Source: a virus (lineage: Duplodnaviria > Caudoviricetes). Taken from it: 25,060 nucleotides of DNA. Below, piece after piece: positions 1 to 9,112 of this stretch (its first letter is position 1; every line of letters begins with the position of its first letter). The DNA is taken from positions 1-25,060 of IMG/VR virus record IMGVR_UViG_3300027234_000016; one strand, written 5' to 3'. The notes beneath the pieces are model-generated. The model saw nothing but the letters and a program-made list of their open reading frames with translations. It made no database searches and was not told where the DNA came from. Made by a program: the position numbers and the translations under genes.

Positions 1-411
1 ATGACTAAGCTTATCAACAACCACATCATCTTCTCTTTCGACAACCCTTGGCAGATTCACCTTGCTGCAAAACTGTATCGTCACCTAGATACCTTGCGGG
101 CAATGGATAAGCTAACGTATACTCCTAAGCTGGGGACAGGCTACTACCAAGGCTTTATTGAACCTATCGTTATGATGGACTACAATGACTTTGTAGAGAA
201 TGTCTTAGACTCAGGCTATGTCAAAGATCAAGAGAGTTTTCTTCGGTTAAACCCTCGCACACCCCGTTCTTTAGCATTACAGGCTTGTCTTGTTTATAAC
301 CATTTTAACAAAAAAGGTGAACTCTTGGGTGAGTTTAAAGAGGTAAGTTACACCGAAGCTTTGCTCAGTGAATCTTGGACTTGTCTAGAAGATCGTTACT
401 ATGTCGCCTGA
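1..411 (+). CDS. hypothetical phage protein (may extend beyond the window's left edge)
   Basis: 136-aa ORF starting at base 1; overlaps the next ORF in a tightly packed operon; no motif recognised. Confidence 0.6.
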   Translation: MTKLINNHIIFSFDNPWQIHLAAKLYRHLDTLRAMDKLTYTPKLGTGYYQGFIEPIVMMDYNDFVENVLDSGYVKDQESFLRLNPRTPRSLALQACLVYNHFNKKGELLGEFKEVSYTEALLSESWTCLEDRYYVA

Positions 412-703
412 GAGCGATCAGATTAGGCTACGACTAAGGCTCTCTGTCGCTGCTTATGCTTATGAATATAAAAATCATAGCATATTGTCTGATGCAGAGT
501 ACGATAAGCTATCTTACCTTGTTGACACAACTATAGCAACAGGCAATCGTAAGCTGGATAACTTTTTTAAAAAACATTTTGAACCTGCAACTGGCATGTG
601 GGTTCGGAAACATCCTGACAAGGCTGGGTTAGAGAATATCTACCAGCGTTACTATAACACAGAAGGAAAATGGTATGGACAAGCGAGTTTATACAACGAT
701 TGA
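401..703 (+). CDS. stand-alone NAD-dependent DNA ligase N-terminal (domain Ia)-like protein
   Basis: AYAYEYKNHSILSDAEYDKL resembles the Y-Y...SDAEYD-L motif of LigA domain Ia; only 100 aa, no KxDG adenylation motif. Confidence 0.7.
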   Translation: MSPESDQIRLRLRLSVAAYAYEYKNHSILSDAEYDKLSYLVDTTIATGNRKLDNFFKKHFEPATGMWVRKHPDKAGLENIYQRYYNTEGKWYGQASLYND

Positions 704-908
704 AGGGTTTGAGGCCGAGGTTGATCTTGACATTGTTTTAACTGAAGCAAACTCACGCCACAGTGAGTACGGGACGGCCTTGATTTTAGAGGGCCCTCTG
801 GCGGGTTACGAAGTAATTATCTCGTCTGTGACCTTGGATAAACTACAACAACAGTGGGAGAAAGAAAATGACTTGGAACTACCAGCTAATGAAGCATACG
901 GATCCTGA
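675..908 (+). CDS. hypothetical acidic protein
   Basis: 77-aa ORF with AGGA upstream; overlaps both neighbours. Confidence 0.6.
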   Translation: MDKRVYTTIEGFEAEVDLDIVLTEANSRHSEYGTALILEGPLAGYEVIISSVTLDKLQQQWEKENDLELPANEAYGS

Positions 909-1065
909 TGGTGAGGTCTGGTACGGTGTACATGAGAACTACGAAGGCAACGGCTACACTGTAGAACCTGTAAGGGTACAAGGTCTCTTCGAAGAAGACA
1001 TCAAGTGGATGCTTGAAACTGTGTTAAAAGACATTGAGAAACATGGGGTGAAAGACTATGAGTGA
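868..1065 (+). CDS. hypothetical phage protein
   Basis: 65 aa, MTWNY...YGVHE N-terminus of a type common in phage small proteins; overlaps both neighbours. Confidence 0.65.
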   Translation: MTWNYQLMKHTDPDGEVWYGVHENYEGNGYTVEPVRVQGLFEEDIKWMLETVLKDIEKHGVKDYE

Positions 1066-1408
1066 TTACAGAATAGACGTAGCAAGTAAAGAAGAGTGGG
1101 CCTTACGGGCATGGTCTGCGGAAGCTAGACTAGAGAAACTAGAAGCAGAATATAAAGCACTTCTTGCTGAGAAAGACAGCGAGATCTCTGGCTGGTTTGA
1201 AACAGAGTACGGTGCGGAAATGGTTCTGTGCACAAGTGCAGCAAATGACGAGGATCTTGCAGGGTTCCTTTTAGAAGAATACGGGGAGATGTGTGTTGGT
1301 GTTGATATGGAGCTGGAAGGCTTTTATCGAGACGGTAAAGAAGTAAATGCAGAAAAAGTTTGCCACTTTCTTGAGGTAATCTTTCTTGAAACAATTTCAG
1401 AGGAATAA
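1058..1408 (+). CDS. hypothetical acidic protein with short coiled coil
   Basis: 116-aa ORF whose start overlaps the previous stop (ATGAGTGA). Confidence 0.65.
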   Translation: MSDYRIDVASKEEWALRAWSAEARLEKLEAEYKALLAEKDSEISGWFETEYGAEMVLCTSAANDEDLAGFLLEEYGEMCVGVDMELEGFYRDGKEVNAEKVCHFLEVIFLETISEE

Positions 1409-1411
1409 GAG

Positions 1412-1840
1412 ATGTCAGTTACTTACTCAGTAGAAGAAACTATTCGTACAATGTTTGATCGTTTTTATAGAGAAGTTAAAGGCCACGATACCTTAGAACT
1501 TGATCTGGATCTTGTGGCACTACTAGAAGACCTTGAAGAGAACTGTGTGGAGGAAGCTATGTCAGAGTATACTTCAGAAGCAGAGTTGATGTATGATGAG
1601 GGCTATAACAATGGCTACGAAAAGGGAGAAGAAGAGGGTTACGACAGGGGATTCAACGACGCTGAAGAAGAGGTAGAGGACGCTCGTGAAGAGGGCTACG
1701 AAGATGGTCATGAAAAAGGTCGTAGAGAAGGCTACACGGATGGCTACGACGGAGGCTACGAGGAGGGTTGTGAAGAAGGCTACGAAGAGGGTTATCGTTG
1801 TGGAGTTCGAGATAACTTAAAGGAAAACAAAGATGTTTAA
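1412..1840 (+). CDS. acidic GxxxG-repeat (Yae1/FliH-like GYxEG) protein
   Basis: many tandem G(Y/F)xxG units (EGYNNGYEKGEEEGYDRG...EGYEEGYRCG); GAGGA RBS upstream. Confidence 0.7.
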   Translation: MSVTYSVEETIRTMFDRFYREVKGHDTLELDLDLVALLEDLEENCVEEAMSEYTSEAELMYDEGYNNGYEKGEEEGYDRGFNDAEEEVEDAREEGYEDGHEKGRREGYTDGYDGGYEEGCEEGYEEGYRCGVRDNLKENKDV

Positions 1841-2036
1841 GCGTCTAAGAAAACTTGCTATCAACTTGTCTATGTTGTTGAATTTTTCACTAGGAGGGGA
1901 ATTAAACCAAACCTTTTCCGCTAGAAATTGGGAAAGCAAGCGCAACAATAAGTTTAACTTAGTGTTTTTAATTGACATCTTGCTTGGTTCAGGTCACTGT
2001 GCTCGTGCTTGGGTTTACTGGAAAGTAAAGGAATAA
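1833..2036 (+). CDS. hypothetical phage protein
   Basis: 67 aa, AAGGA RBS, N..LGG..NQT.SAR...ID.....HC pattern typical of a small phage family. Confidence 0.65.
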   Translation: MFKRLRKLAINLSMLLNFSLGGELNQTFSARNWESKRNNKFNLVFLIDILLGSGHCARAWVYWKVKE

Positions 2037-2037
2037 A

Positions 2038-2265
2038 ATGTTTACTGTTGAATTTGATACAGATCGTGGTGAAGGTATCACTATAACTACTCTAGATGGG
2101 AAGGGAAAGCACGATGATGTTGAAGTAATTTTGTATGATGATGACATCTACATTCGTCAGATCGATGAGTCAGACGGTGTTCAAATGATTATGCTATCTA
2201 GCCAGCAATTCAAAGACATTGTTGCGGCTTTTAACTTACCTGAAGGAGCCTACTATGCGAGTTAA
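2038..2265 (+). CDS. hypothetical acidic protein
   Basis: 75 aa, AAGGA RBS, directly follows the previous stop. Confidence 0.65.
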   Translation: MFTVEFDTDRGEGITITTLDGKGKHDDVEVILYDDDIYIRQIDESDGVQMIMLSSQQFKDIVAAFNLPEGAYYAS

Positions 2266-2542
2266 GAAATATGAACTTCAAGCTGAATCTTTCCTTGAGG
2301 AAGGTACTACAAGCGAGACTCTTTTCACAGGTCTTGCTGCGGAGGTGGGTGAAGTAATGTCTGAGCGAGTTAAGGAGACACGCAAGGGATATCGGCATAG
2401 CGATGAAATCTTCGATGAGCTTTCTGATGTGCTGTGGTATGTAACTATGATTGCCCGCAGTCGAGGTTACACTCTGAATCGACTGATGAAGCATAACATT
2501 AACAAACTAGAAGATCGTTCTATTAATGGAAAAGGAAACTAA
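2255..2542 (+). CDS. mazG: MazG-like nucleoside triphosphate pyrophosphohydrolase
   Basis: GLAAEVGEV...DELSDVLWY...NINKLEDR (ExxE...ExxD); start moved to ATG 2255, which has an AAGGAG RBS. Confidence 0.85.
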   Translation: MRVKKYELQAESFLEEGTTSETLFTGLAAEVGEVMSERVKETRKGYRHSDEIFDELSDVLWYVTMIARSRGYTLNRLMKHNINKLEDRSINGKGN

Positions 2543-2543
2543 A

Positions 2544-3011
2544 ATGCCAAACTGGTGTATGAACAGCGCAGTAATCTCTGGACGTAAAGACAAGCTAGAT
2601 CTTATTGTACGGGCTTTGAAAGAAGACAAACTCCTAGAAGCACTTTGCCCGCTTGGGGACTGGGAGTATAATAAAGCAGTTGAGCTTTGGGGGACAAAGT
2701 GGGATGTTCACAACGCAAGTTGGGAACTCGACGAAGCTAACAACACACTAACAATTAACTTTGATACTGCTTGGGGGCCTCCAACGGCTGCGTACTCTTA
2801 CGGAGAGAAGCTTCATAATATCGAGATTGAAGCTACTTTCCATGAAGACGGGATGATGTTTATTGGCGAGTACAAAGACGGGGAGGGGACTTCCTACTCG
2901 TATGACTTTGAAGAAGAGTGTTTGAAAACAGAAGCGCCTTGGGAGCTTGTTGAAGACTGGGGTATTGACTACAGTTGGGGGTGTTGGAAAGAAGACCAAG
3001 ATCTCCCTTGA
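2544..3011 (+). CDS. DUF1281/YubB ferredoxin-like family protein
   Basis: MPNWCxN start, WGTKWD and FDTAWGPP motifs; ATG 2544 follows an AAGGA RBS. Confidence 0.75.
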   Translation: MPNWCMNSAVISGRKDKLDLIVRALKEDKLLEALCPLGDWEYNKAVELWGTKWDVHNASWELDEANNTLTINFDTAWGPPTAAYSYGEKLHNIEIEATFHEDGMMFIGEYKDGEGTSYSYDFEEECLKTEAPWELVEDWGIDYSWGCWKEDQDLP

Positions 3012-3024
3012 ATAGTAAGGGAAA

Positions 3025-3048
3025 AAATTAGCTGACGTTAAAGAACAA
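3025..3048 (+). promoter_or_regulatory. conserved 24-bp motif, copy 1 (putative phage promoter)
   Basis: AAATTAGCTGACGTTAAAGAACAA, intergenic, just upstream of the exonuclease RBS; recurs at 8551 and 10821. Confidence 0.65.
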
Positions 3049-3061
3049 TAAAGGAAAACTT

Positions 3062-3775
3062 ATGATAGCTATTATTGACGGCGACGTGCTTCTATACATG
3101 AGTATATGGGGTATGGAGACTAAACAAGAAGCAAATGATAAATTTGATGGGTTGTTTAATAGCTCACTTGAAAGTGTTTTTGCTACAGACTACGTCATGG
3201 CCATTGGTGGTCCTGACAACTTTAGAGTAGACTTGTTCCCTAACTATAAGGGTAACAGGACAAAGTCAAAATCAACAAGACCAGAATGGTTCTTAGATTT
3301 GAAGTCTGACATAGTAGAACGTTACGAAGGCTGCATCTTTACAGATAACTGTGAAGCAGACGATATGCTCCGTGTTTGGGCAAATGAACTTACTGCAGCT
3401 TGTATTGAAAATATTGTTATTTCGGTTGACAAGGATCTTGATTGTATCCCAGGGCTACACTACAACCCACGAAAAGAGCTTGTTTACGAGGTTAAAGAAG
3501 CGTATGCAGAGTACTTCTATTGGAAACAAGTTATAATGGGAGACCCTACTGATAACATTCCAGGTATTCCTAGAATTGGGCCTAAGACAGCTGAAGTCAT
3601 TTTAGAAGGATCTACGGACTATCGGGCCTCTGTTTGTAGAGCTTATGAAAAGTTTTACAAAGAAGAAGGGTATGAGTATATGATTGCTAATGGTCGTTTA
3701 ATTCACATTTGGCGACACATGAATGATCATTTCAAAGTAAAGCGAGAAGTTTATGACAAAGCAATTAGTGAGTGA
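3062..3775 (+). CDS. phage 5'-3' exonuclease / RNase H (T7 gp6/FEN-like)
   Basis: IIDGD, NFR...YKGNR, EADD, SVDKDL, GDPTDNIPGIPRIGPKTA (H3TH) motifs. Confidence 0.92.
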   Translation: MIAIIDGDVLLYMSIWGMETKQEANDKFDGLFNSSLESVFATDYVMAIGGPDNFRVDLFPNYKGNRTKSKSTRPEWFLDLKSDIVERYEGCIFTDNCEADDMLRVWANELTAACIENIVISVDKDLDCIPGLHYNPRKELVYEVKEAYAEYFYWKQVIMGDPTDNIPGIPRIGPKTAEVILEGSTDYRASVCRAYEKFYKEEGYEYMIANGRLIHIWRHMNDHFKVKREVYDKAISE

Positions 3776-4223
3776 CACGGGACATTGGAGTTGTTATAAA
3801 AACTTTAATGCTGAAGAATGGTTTGGCTTTGTATACTGCATTGAAAACTTAACAACAAAACAGTATTACATTGGCAAGAAGCAGCTCTGGCATGGAGGTA
3901 AGAAAAAATCTAAGACTTACGGTAAACCTATGAGCTGGAAAACTTACATAGGTTCTTCTACAACGCTAAAGAAAGACATTACTAAGTATGGCAAGAAGAA
4001 CTTTAGTTTTGAAATAGTGGATCTATACAACACAAAAGGTGGTCTTTACTATGCGGAGGCTTACCTTCAAATGCTTTCTGACTCTATGACGGAATATCTT
4101 GAGGATGGTAAAACACCTCGCTTTTATAACCGCCAGATTGCTGCGATTAGGTTTGTCCCTAGTGAGGGGCCGACTAAAAAAACTAAAGCATATGTCAAAA
4201 CTTTGAGAAAGAAATACGAATGA
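3753..4223 (+). CDS. GIY-YIG family (Seg-like) endonuclease
   Basis: FGFVYCIENLTTKQYYIGKK, Y.GSS, conserved E (YYAE) and FYN; true start may be GTG 3768. Confidence 0.8.
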   Translation: MTKQLVSDTGHWSCYKNFNAEEWFGFVYCIENLTTKQYYIGKKQLWHGGKKKSKTYGKPMSWKTYIGSSTTLKKDITKYGKKNFSFEIVDLYNTKGGLYYAEAYLQMLSDSMTEYLEDGKTPRFYNRQIAAIRFVPSEGPTKKTKAYVKTLRKKYE

Positions 4224-4414
4224 AAATACATCCAATTGCACCAGCGTTGTGGATGGCGGCAATGCTTAACTTAGTAGGCTCTATTATCCTTCACACGTTT
4301 GGTATTATAGAGGTTGATATTGTTTTGTCACTTCTATTTTACTTGTTCTTTACAGAGATGAGCAAGTTTGTAGCTGAAATGACAATGGAACCAGATAGCT
4401 CAGACGAGGAATAG
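4220..4414 (+). CDS. small membrane protein
   Basis: two hydrophobic stretches and an acidic tail; ATGA overlap with the upstream gene. Confidence 0.65.
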   Translation: MKIHPIAPALWMAAMLNLVGSIILHTFGIIEVDIVLSLLFYLFFTEMSKFVAEMTMEPDSSDEE

Positions 4415-4416
4415 AG

Positions 4417-6084
4417 ATGGGGCGAATAGTTACTAAGAATCAACCTTGTAATGACTGTGGTGGCTCTGATCCTCTTCAAATTTATGAGGATGGGTCTACG
4501 TTCTGTTTCAGTTGCCGTAAATCGCACAAAGCGAAGGGAGACTATGTTAATCCTATGAATGATGAATCAGAGTTTGAGTCTGTTGACAACTCTTGGGGCC
4601 CAAGCTTACGAGAAGTAGCAGAGGACTACCCTGTTAGGGGTTTTCGTGAACGAAACATTAACAAGACAGTAGCTGAGTATTATGGTGTTAAGGTATCTTA
4701 TGACATCAACGGAGCTATTGATGCACACTACTACCCTTATCATAACGAGGGTCTGCTAACAGGATATAAAGTAAGAGGTCTGCCTAAAGAGTTTAGGGCT
4801 AACGTTGGTAAAGTAAAAGGCGGTCTCTTTGGACAACACTTGTTTAATGGTGGTAAGCGACTAGTAATCACTGAAGGGGAGCTAGACACCTTAGCGGTTG
4901 CTTCCGCTTGGCATAAACGCTATAACACCTTTTACCCTGTTGTTTCTATTCGTTCTGCTACTACCCTAAAAGATCTGGTAGAAGAACGTGACTGGATTCG
5001 TAACTTTGAAGAGGTTATCATTTGGTTTGATAATGATGCTGCTGGCCAAGAGGCTACAAAAGAAGCAGCACGTATTATTGGTTATGACAAAGTTAAGATT
5101 GCCAAAACTCCAGAGAAGGACGCAAGCGATACTTGGATTAAAGACCCCGACAAAGTTCTAAAAGCTGTCTATGACGCTTGTGAATACACCCCCGCTGGTA
5201 TTCTTAACAAAGAAGACTTGTGGGATCGTCTAGTTGCTTATAGTGCAATGGAGTCTGTACCTTACCCTGAGTTCATGGTGGGCCTGAACGCTAAACTGAA
5301 AGGTATGCGCTTTGGTGAAATTACTCTTTGGACTTCTGGTACTGGTAGCGGCAAATCAACTCTACTTAGAGAGATTGCAGTTCACTTACTAGAAACTACT
5401 GAAGATAAGATTGGTATTGTATCTCTTGAGGAAAGTCCTGAAGAATACGCTGTTAAGATGGCTAGTATGGTTCTAAACCGTAACTCAGCTAATGAGGAGA
5501 TACCGCTTGAAGAACTTAAAATCGGCTATGATAAAGTCTTTGGGTCTGATCGTGTTCTTCCTCTGGACCATCACGGTTCTATCTCTGACGGTTCAATCAT
5601 GGACCACTTGGAGTATATGGCCTTGTCTGGTGCTAAGTACATCTTTATTGACCACATCACTATACTTGCTTCTGAAGGTAGTGAAGGGTTAACAGGTAAC
5701 GAGGCTATTGATAAGATTATGAACCGTCTACTTGGTCTTGCTAAGAAGCATAACGTCTGGATTGGTTTAATTAGTCACCTACGTAAGACAAACAGCGGTG
5801 GTAAATCTTTTGAAGAGGGCCAACTACCTTCGATGGATGACATCAAAGGCTCTGGTTCTATTAAGCAAATTTGTATGGACATTATTGCGTTTTCTCGTGA
5901 TGTTGGGAGCTCAGATGAAGCTAAAAGAAACACGATTAAAACAAAAGTCCTCAAATGTCGTCATACTGGTCTTACAGGGCCATCAGGAGCACTGCTTTAT
6001 AACTTTCCTACTGGAAGACTCACTGAAGGTCAGTACTACGAAGAAGAAGATATGAATACAAGTGAAGGGTTTAAAAGAGTATGA
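4417..6084 (+). CDS. DNA primase-helicase (T7 gp4-like)
   Basis: Cys4 zinc ribbon (CNDC...CFSC), TOPRIM (TEGELD, DND), SF4 helicase motifs SGTGSGKST, SLEE, IDHI, SHLRK. Confidence 0.95.
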   Translation: MGRIVTKNQPCNDCGGSDPLQIYEDGSTFCFSCRKSHKAKGDYVNPMNDESEFESVDNSWGPSLREVAEDYPVRGFRERNINKTVAEYYGVKVSYDINGAIDAHYYPYHNEGLLTGYKVRGLPKEFRANVGKVKGGLFGQHLFNGGKRLVITEGELDTLAVASAWHKRYNTFYPVVSIRSATTLKDLVEERDWIRNFEEVIIWFDNDAAGQEATKEAARIIGYDKVKIAKTPEKDASDTWIKDPDKVLKAVYDACEYTPAGILNKEDLWDRLVAYSAMESVPYPEFMVGLNAKLKGMRFGEITLWTSGTGSGKSTLLREIAVHLLETTEDKIGIVSLEESPEEYAVKMASMVLNRNSANEEIPLEELKIGYDKVFGSDRVLPLDHHGSISDGSIMDHLEYMALSGAKYIFIDHITILASEGSEGLTGNEAIDKIMNRLLGLAKKHNVWIGLISHLRKTNSGGKSFEEGQLPSMDDIKGSGSIKQICMDIIAFSRDVGSSDEAKRNTIKTKVLKCRHTGLTGPSGALLYNFPTGRLTEGQYYEEEDMNTSEGFKRV

Positions 6085-6296
6085 TAGATGAAACAATGGG
6101 TTTACTTTATATCTCGATTATCCTCCAATTGCTTAATGACGGTGAAGCAGACATAAGTGATCTGAGCCCTGCTGTTAAGTCTTTTATATTGGGTATTCAA
6201 GATGAGTTTGAGCATACACCAGAGGGTGATAATAAGGACCAGTTTTACTACGCAGCGAATACGTTGCTAGAGGTAGACAAGAACAAACTTAACTAA
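6081..6296 (+). CDS. hypothetical protein
   Basis: 71 aa, ATGA overlap with the helicase stop. Confidence 0.6.
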   Translation: MIDETMGLLYISIILQLLNDGEADISDLSPAVKSFILGIQDEFEHTPEGDNKDQFYYAANTLLEVDKNKLN

Positions 6297-6306
6297 AGGA
6301 TAAAAC

Positions 6307-6591
6307 GTGGAAAATAAAATTAATGAGGCTCGACTTAAAGAGCACTTAAAGAGCTGGATTAAAGTTCTCCCGACAAAAGAACACTTAGATCTGTTTATTA
6401 AAAACAATGAAAAAATGTCTGATGAAGACAAAGTAACTTACACTAAACTCTGGGAAGAGGCAATGGGGCAAGAGTCCGTTGAAGAAGCGGTAGATAACCC
6501 CGTGTTCCAAGAGTATTGGGAACTCGAAAAAGCGATTGAAGACGAAGAAGAGTTTAGAGTTACCTCTAAGAAAAATAAGAAAAACAAATAA
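6307..6591 (+). CDS. hypothetical protein
   Basis: GTG start after an AAGGA RBS; acidic body with a basic KKNKKNK tail. Confidence 0.65.
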   Translation: MENKINEARLKEHLKSWIKVLPTKEHLDLFIKNNEKMSDEDKVTYTKLWEEAMGQESVEEAVDNPVFQEYWELEKAIEDEEEFRVTSKKNKKNK

Positions 6592-6606
6592 CAATTTAGC
6601 GCACAA

Positions 6607-6653
6607 TGGCAGGGTGATTTTTAATTAGGATAACCCCAATAATCACCTTGTCA
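6607..6653 (+). promoter_or_regulatory. stem-loop in the nrdJ leader
   Basis: TGGCAGGGTGATT (6607-6619) pairs with AATCACCTTGTCA (6641-6653): 13 bp including 2 G-U. Confidence 0.55.
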
Positions 6654-6677
6654 GTAGTAAGCAAAAAGGAAAATACT

Positions 6678-8552
6678 ATGAACTCAATGAAACCTTACGA
6701 AGCGTTTATCCATCTTTCACGCTACTCACGATTTCTAGATGACGAAGGTCGTCGTGAATCCTGGGGAGAGACTGTAGATCGACTAGTTGGTTTCTGGATG
6801 AAACGTGCGGGAGATAAACTCACCCCTGCGGACTATGCAGAAATTCGAGATGCTGTTTACAACCGTGAAGTAATGCCTTCCATGCGGGCCATGTGGTCAG
6901 CTGGTAACGCTCTCGAACAAAATCACTTCCGTGGCTATAACTGTTCCTTTGCGGCTGTAGATCACATTCGTGTATTTGATGAAATCTTGTTTATCCTGAT
7001 GGCAGGAACTGGTGTAGGCTTTAGTGCTGAAGCTCAGTATGTAAACAAACTACCTATTGTTAACGATAACTTTACGGAGACAGGTCGTGTTATTACTCTT
7101 GAAGACAGTGCAGAAGGTTGGGCAAAGGGCTTACGAAAGCTTGTTGCTGAACTTTACCTTGGTAACGTACATCAGTGGGATTACAGCCGTATTCGCCCTG
7201 AAGGTGCTCGCCTAAAAACCATGGGTGGTCGGGCCTCTGGTCCAGAGCCACTCCAAGATCTCTTTGCTTTCGTTACAGTTATGTTTAAGAAAGCAGCAGG
7301 GCGTAAACTGCGCCCAATCGAAGTCCATGACATTGTTTGTAAGATTGCTGAGGTGGTTGTTGTTGGTGGTGTACGCCGCTCTGCTCTCATCTCACTATCA
7401 GATCTTGGCGACCCTGAAGTGCGTGACTGTAAGTCAGGTATGTGGTACAAAACCGATGCACAACGTGCCTTGGCAAACAACTCTGCTGCTTATGAGCAAA
7501 AACCTACTATGGCAGTCTTCATGGAAGAGTGGATTTCGCTTATGAAGTCTGGTTCTGGTGAACGTGGTATTGTCTCTCGTTATGGTTTGCAACGGTTTGC
7601 GCCAGAGCGCCGTGATGCTGAACAGATTATTGGCCTCAACCCTTGCGCAGAGATTGCCCTTCGTAATGGACAGCTCTGTAACCTTACTGAAGTTGTTTGC
7701 AGAGAAAATGACAGCGAGAAAGAACTTACTCGTAAAATTCGTATTGCAACTATTCTTGGTACACTACAAGCCTCCCTTACAGACTTTAAGTACGTCCGTA
7801 AAGTATGGCAGAAGAACTGTGAAGAAGAGGCGCTCTTGGGTGTGTCTTTGACAGGTATTCAAGACTGTAAGATTCTTCGTAACCCTAAACCTGAACTCTT
7901 GGAAGCTATGAAAGCCTCTGCAGTAAAGACAAACGTAGAGTTTGCAAAGCGTATTGGTATTAACCCCGCTACAGCTATCACAACAGTTAAACCTTCTGGT
8001 ACAGTGTCTCAGCTTGTAGACTCCGCTTCGGGTATTCATGGTCGGTTCTCCCCTTACTACATTCGTGCAGTACGTCAGTCAAGTGTAGATCCTCTGACAG
8101 CTCTCTTGAAAGATCAAGGAGTACCTAACGAGCCAGATGCTATGAATCCTTTAAAGACAACTGTGTTCTACTTCCCTATCAAGTCCCCAGAAGGCGCTAC
8201 TCTAGCTAACGAACAAACAGCTATTGAGCAACTGGAGAACTGGTTGACCTTCAAGAAGCACTGGGCAGAACACTCTGTTTCTGTAACCATCTACGTTAAA
8301 GAAAATGAGTGGATGCAGGTTGGTGCTTGGTGTTATGAACACTTTGACGCCCTTACTGGTATCTCCTTCTTGCCTTACTCTGACCACCTCTACGAGCAAG
8401 CTCCTTACACTCCTTGCACAAAAGAAGAGTTTGAGGCTGCTGTAAAGGCTATGCCAGAAGTTGACTTCTCTAAGCTCGTCGAGTATGAGTTTGAGGATAA
8501 CACAGAAGGTTCTCAAACACTGGCTTGTTCGGCTGGTGGTTGTGAGATCTAA
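6678..8552 (+). CDS. nrdJ: class II (adenosylcobalamin-dependent) ribonucleotide reductase
   Basis: MPSMR, YNCS, GGRASGP, VVVGGVRRSA, NPCAEI active site, VKPSGT and C-terminal CSAGGCEI Cys pair; no nrdB in the window; ATG 6678 follows an AAGGA RBS. Confidence 0.93.
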   Translation: MNSMKPYEAFIHLSRYSRFLDDEGRRESWGETVDRLVGFWMKRAGDKLTPADYAEIRDAVYNREVMPSMRAMWSAGNALEQNHFRGYNCSFAAVDHIRVFDEILFILMAGTGVGFSAEAQYVNKLPIVNDNFTETGRVITLEDSAEGWAKGLRKLVAELYLGNVHQWDYSRIRPEGARLKTMGGRASGPEPLQDLFAFVTVMFKKAAGRKLRPIEVHDIVCKIAEVVVVGGVRRSALISLSDLGDPEVRDCKSGMWYKTDAQRALANNSAAYEQKPTMAVFMEEWISLMKSGSGERGIVSRYGLQRFAPERRDAEQIIGLNPCAEIALRNGQLCNLTEVVCRENDSEKELTRKIRIATILGTLQASLTDFKYVRKVWQKNCEEEALLGVSLTGIQDCKILRNPKPELLEAMKASAVKTNVEFAKRIGINPATAITTVKPSGTVSQLVDSASGIHGRFSPYYIRAVRQSSVDPLTALLKDQGVPNEPDAMNPLKTTVFYFPIKSPEGATLANEQTAIEQLENWLTFKKHWAEHSVSVTIYVKENEWMQVGAWCYEHFDALTGISFLPYSDHLYEQAPYTPCTKEEFEAAVKAMPEVDFSKLVEYEFEDNTEGSQTLACSAGGCEI

Positions 8553-8727
8553 AATACCTGACGTTAAAGAACAAATAAGTTCACCTTGTAAAAGGGAATG
8601 TAAACTTAAGGGGGTCTGCTGCAGTAGTTGTGGCAGATCCCTAGAAGACATCAGGCTATGGAAAACATACTCTGAAAGTAAACGTAAACAAATTATGGAA
8701 GAACTATCAAATGGAAAAGATGGATAA
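8542..8727 (+). CDS. DUF1289-like small Cys-rich (putative Fe-S/Zn) protein
   Basis: SPCKRECKL...CSSCGRSLEDIRLW pattern; start uncertain (GTG 8542 preferred over TTG 8461). Confidence 0.75.
   Translation: MRSKIPDVKEQISSPCKRECKLKGVCCSSCGRSLEDIRLWKTYSESKRKQIMEELSNGKDG
8551..8574 (+). promoter_or_regulatory. conserved 24-bp motif, copy 2
   Basis: AAAATACCTGACGTTAAAGAACAA overlapping the nrdJ stop codon. Confidence 0.65.
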
Positions 8728-8845
8728 GAGAACACTAGCGGTAGCTTCAGGCTATCTCCTTGGGAAGATTGTTGGCTTTGTTATCACTAGTGTAGTAATG
8801 ACCTACATTGGTTTAACTATTTTGCAAATGACTGGTGTTTTTTAG
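8711..8845 (+). CDS. small membrane protein (44 aa; absent from the ORF track)
   Basis: MEKMDKRTLAVASGYLLGKIVGFVITSVVMTYIGLTILQMTGVF*; fills the gap exactly, with TAG abutting the next ATG. Confidence 0.65.
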   Translation: MEKMDKRTLAVASGYLLGKIVGFVITSVVMTYIGLTILQMTGVF

Positions 8846-9112
8846 ATGTCAAACGTAGTAGAGTTTGTTATTCGAGATAAGTATCCAAAGGCGGAGCACT
8901 CAGAAGAATACGAGGACGAAGATGATGGTAGTCACAGTTATGTTCTAGACGCTTGCGACGAAGTATTCGAGTGGGGTGCAGTGGTACTGGCCCTCGCTGA
9001 AGATGGTTCGGTAGAGCTTTCTTCTAGTGTTGAAGATGAAGAAGTAGTAGTGGACATGCTTGTGTCTGCTGCCTTGAGTATTCAAAAAAGGTTAGAAGAT
9101 GCTAAAGTTTAA
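8846..9112 (+). CDS. hypothetical highly acidic protein
   Basis: 88 aa, D/E-rich. Confidence 0.65.
   Translation: MSNVVEFVIRDKYPKAEHSEEYEDEDDGSHSYVLDACDEVFEWGAVVLALAEDGSVELSSSVEDEEVVVDMLVSAALSIQKRLEDAKV

Noticed and set aside
3753-4223. Intron- or intein-associated mobile element
   Set aside because: The GIY-YIG gene is free-standing between intact genes; the helicase, NrdJ and TerL are of normal length with no intein motifs.
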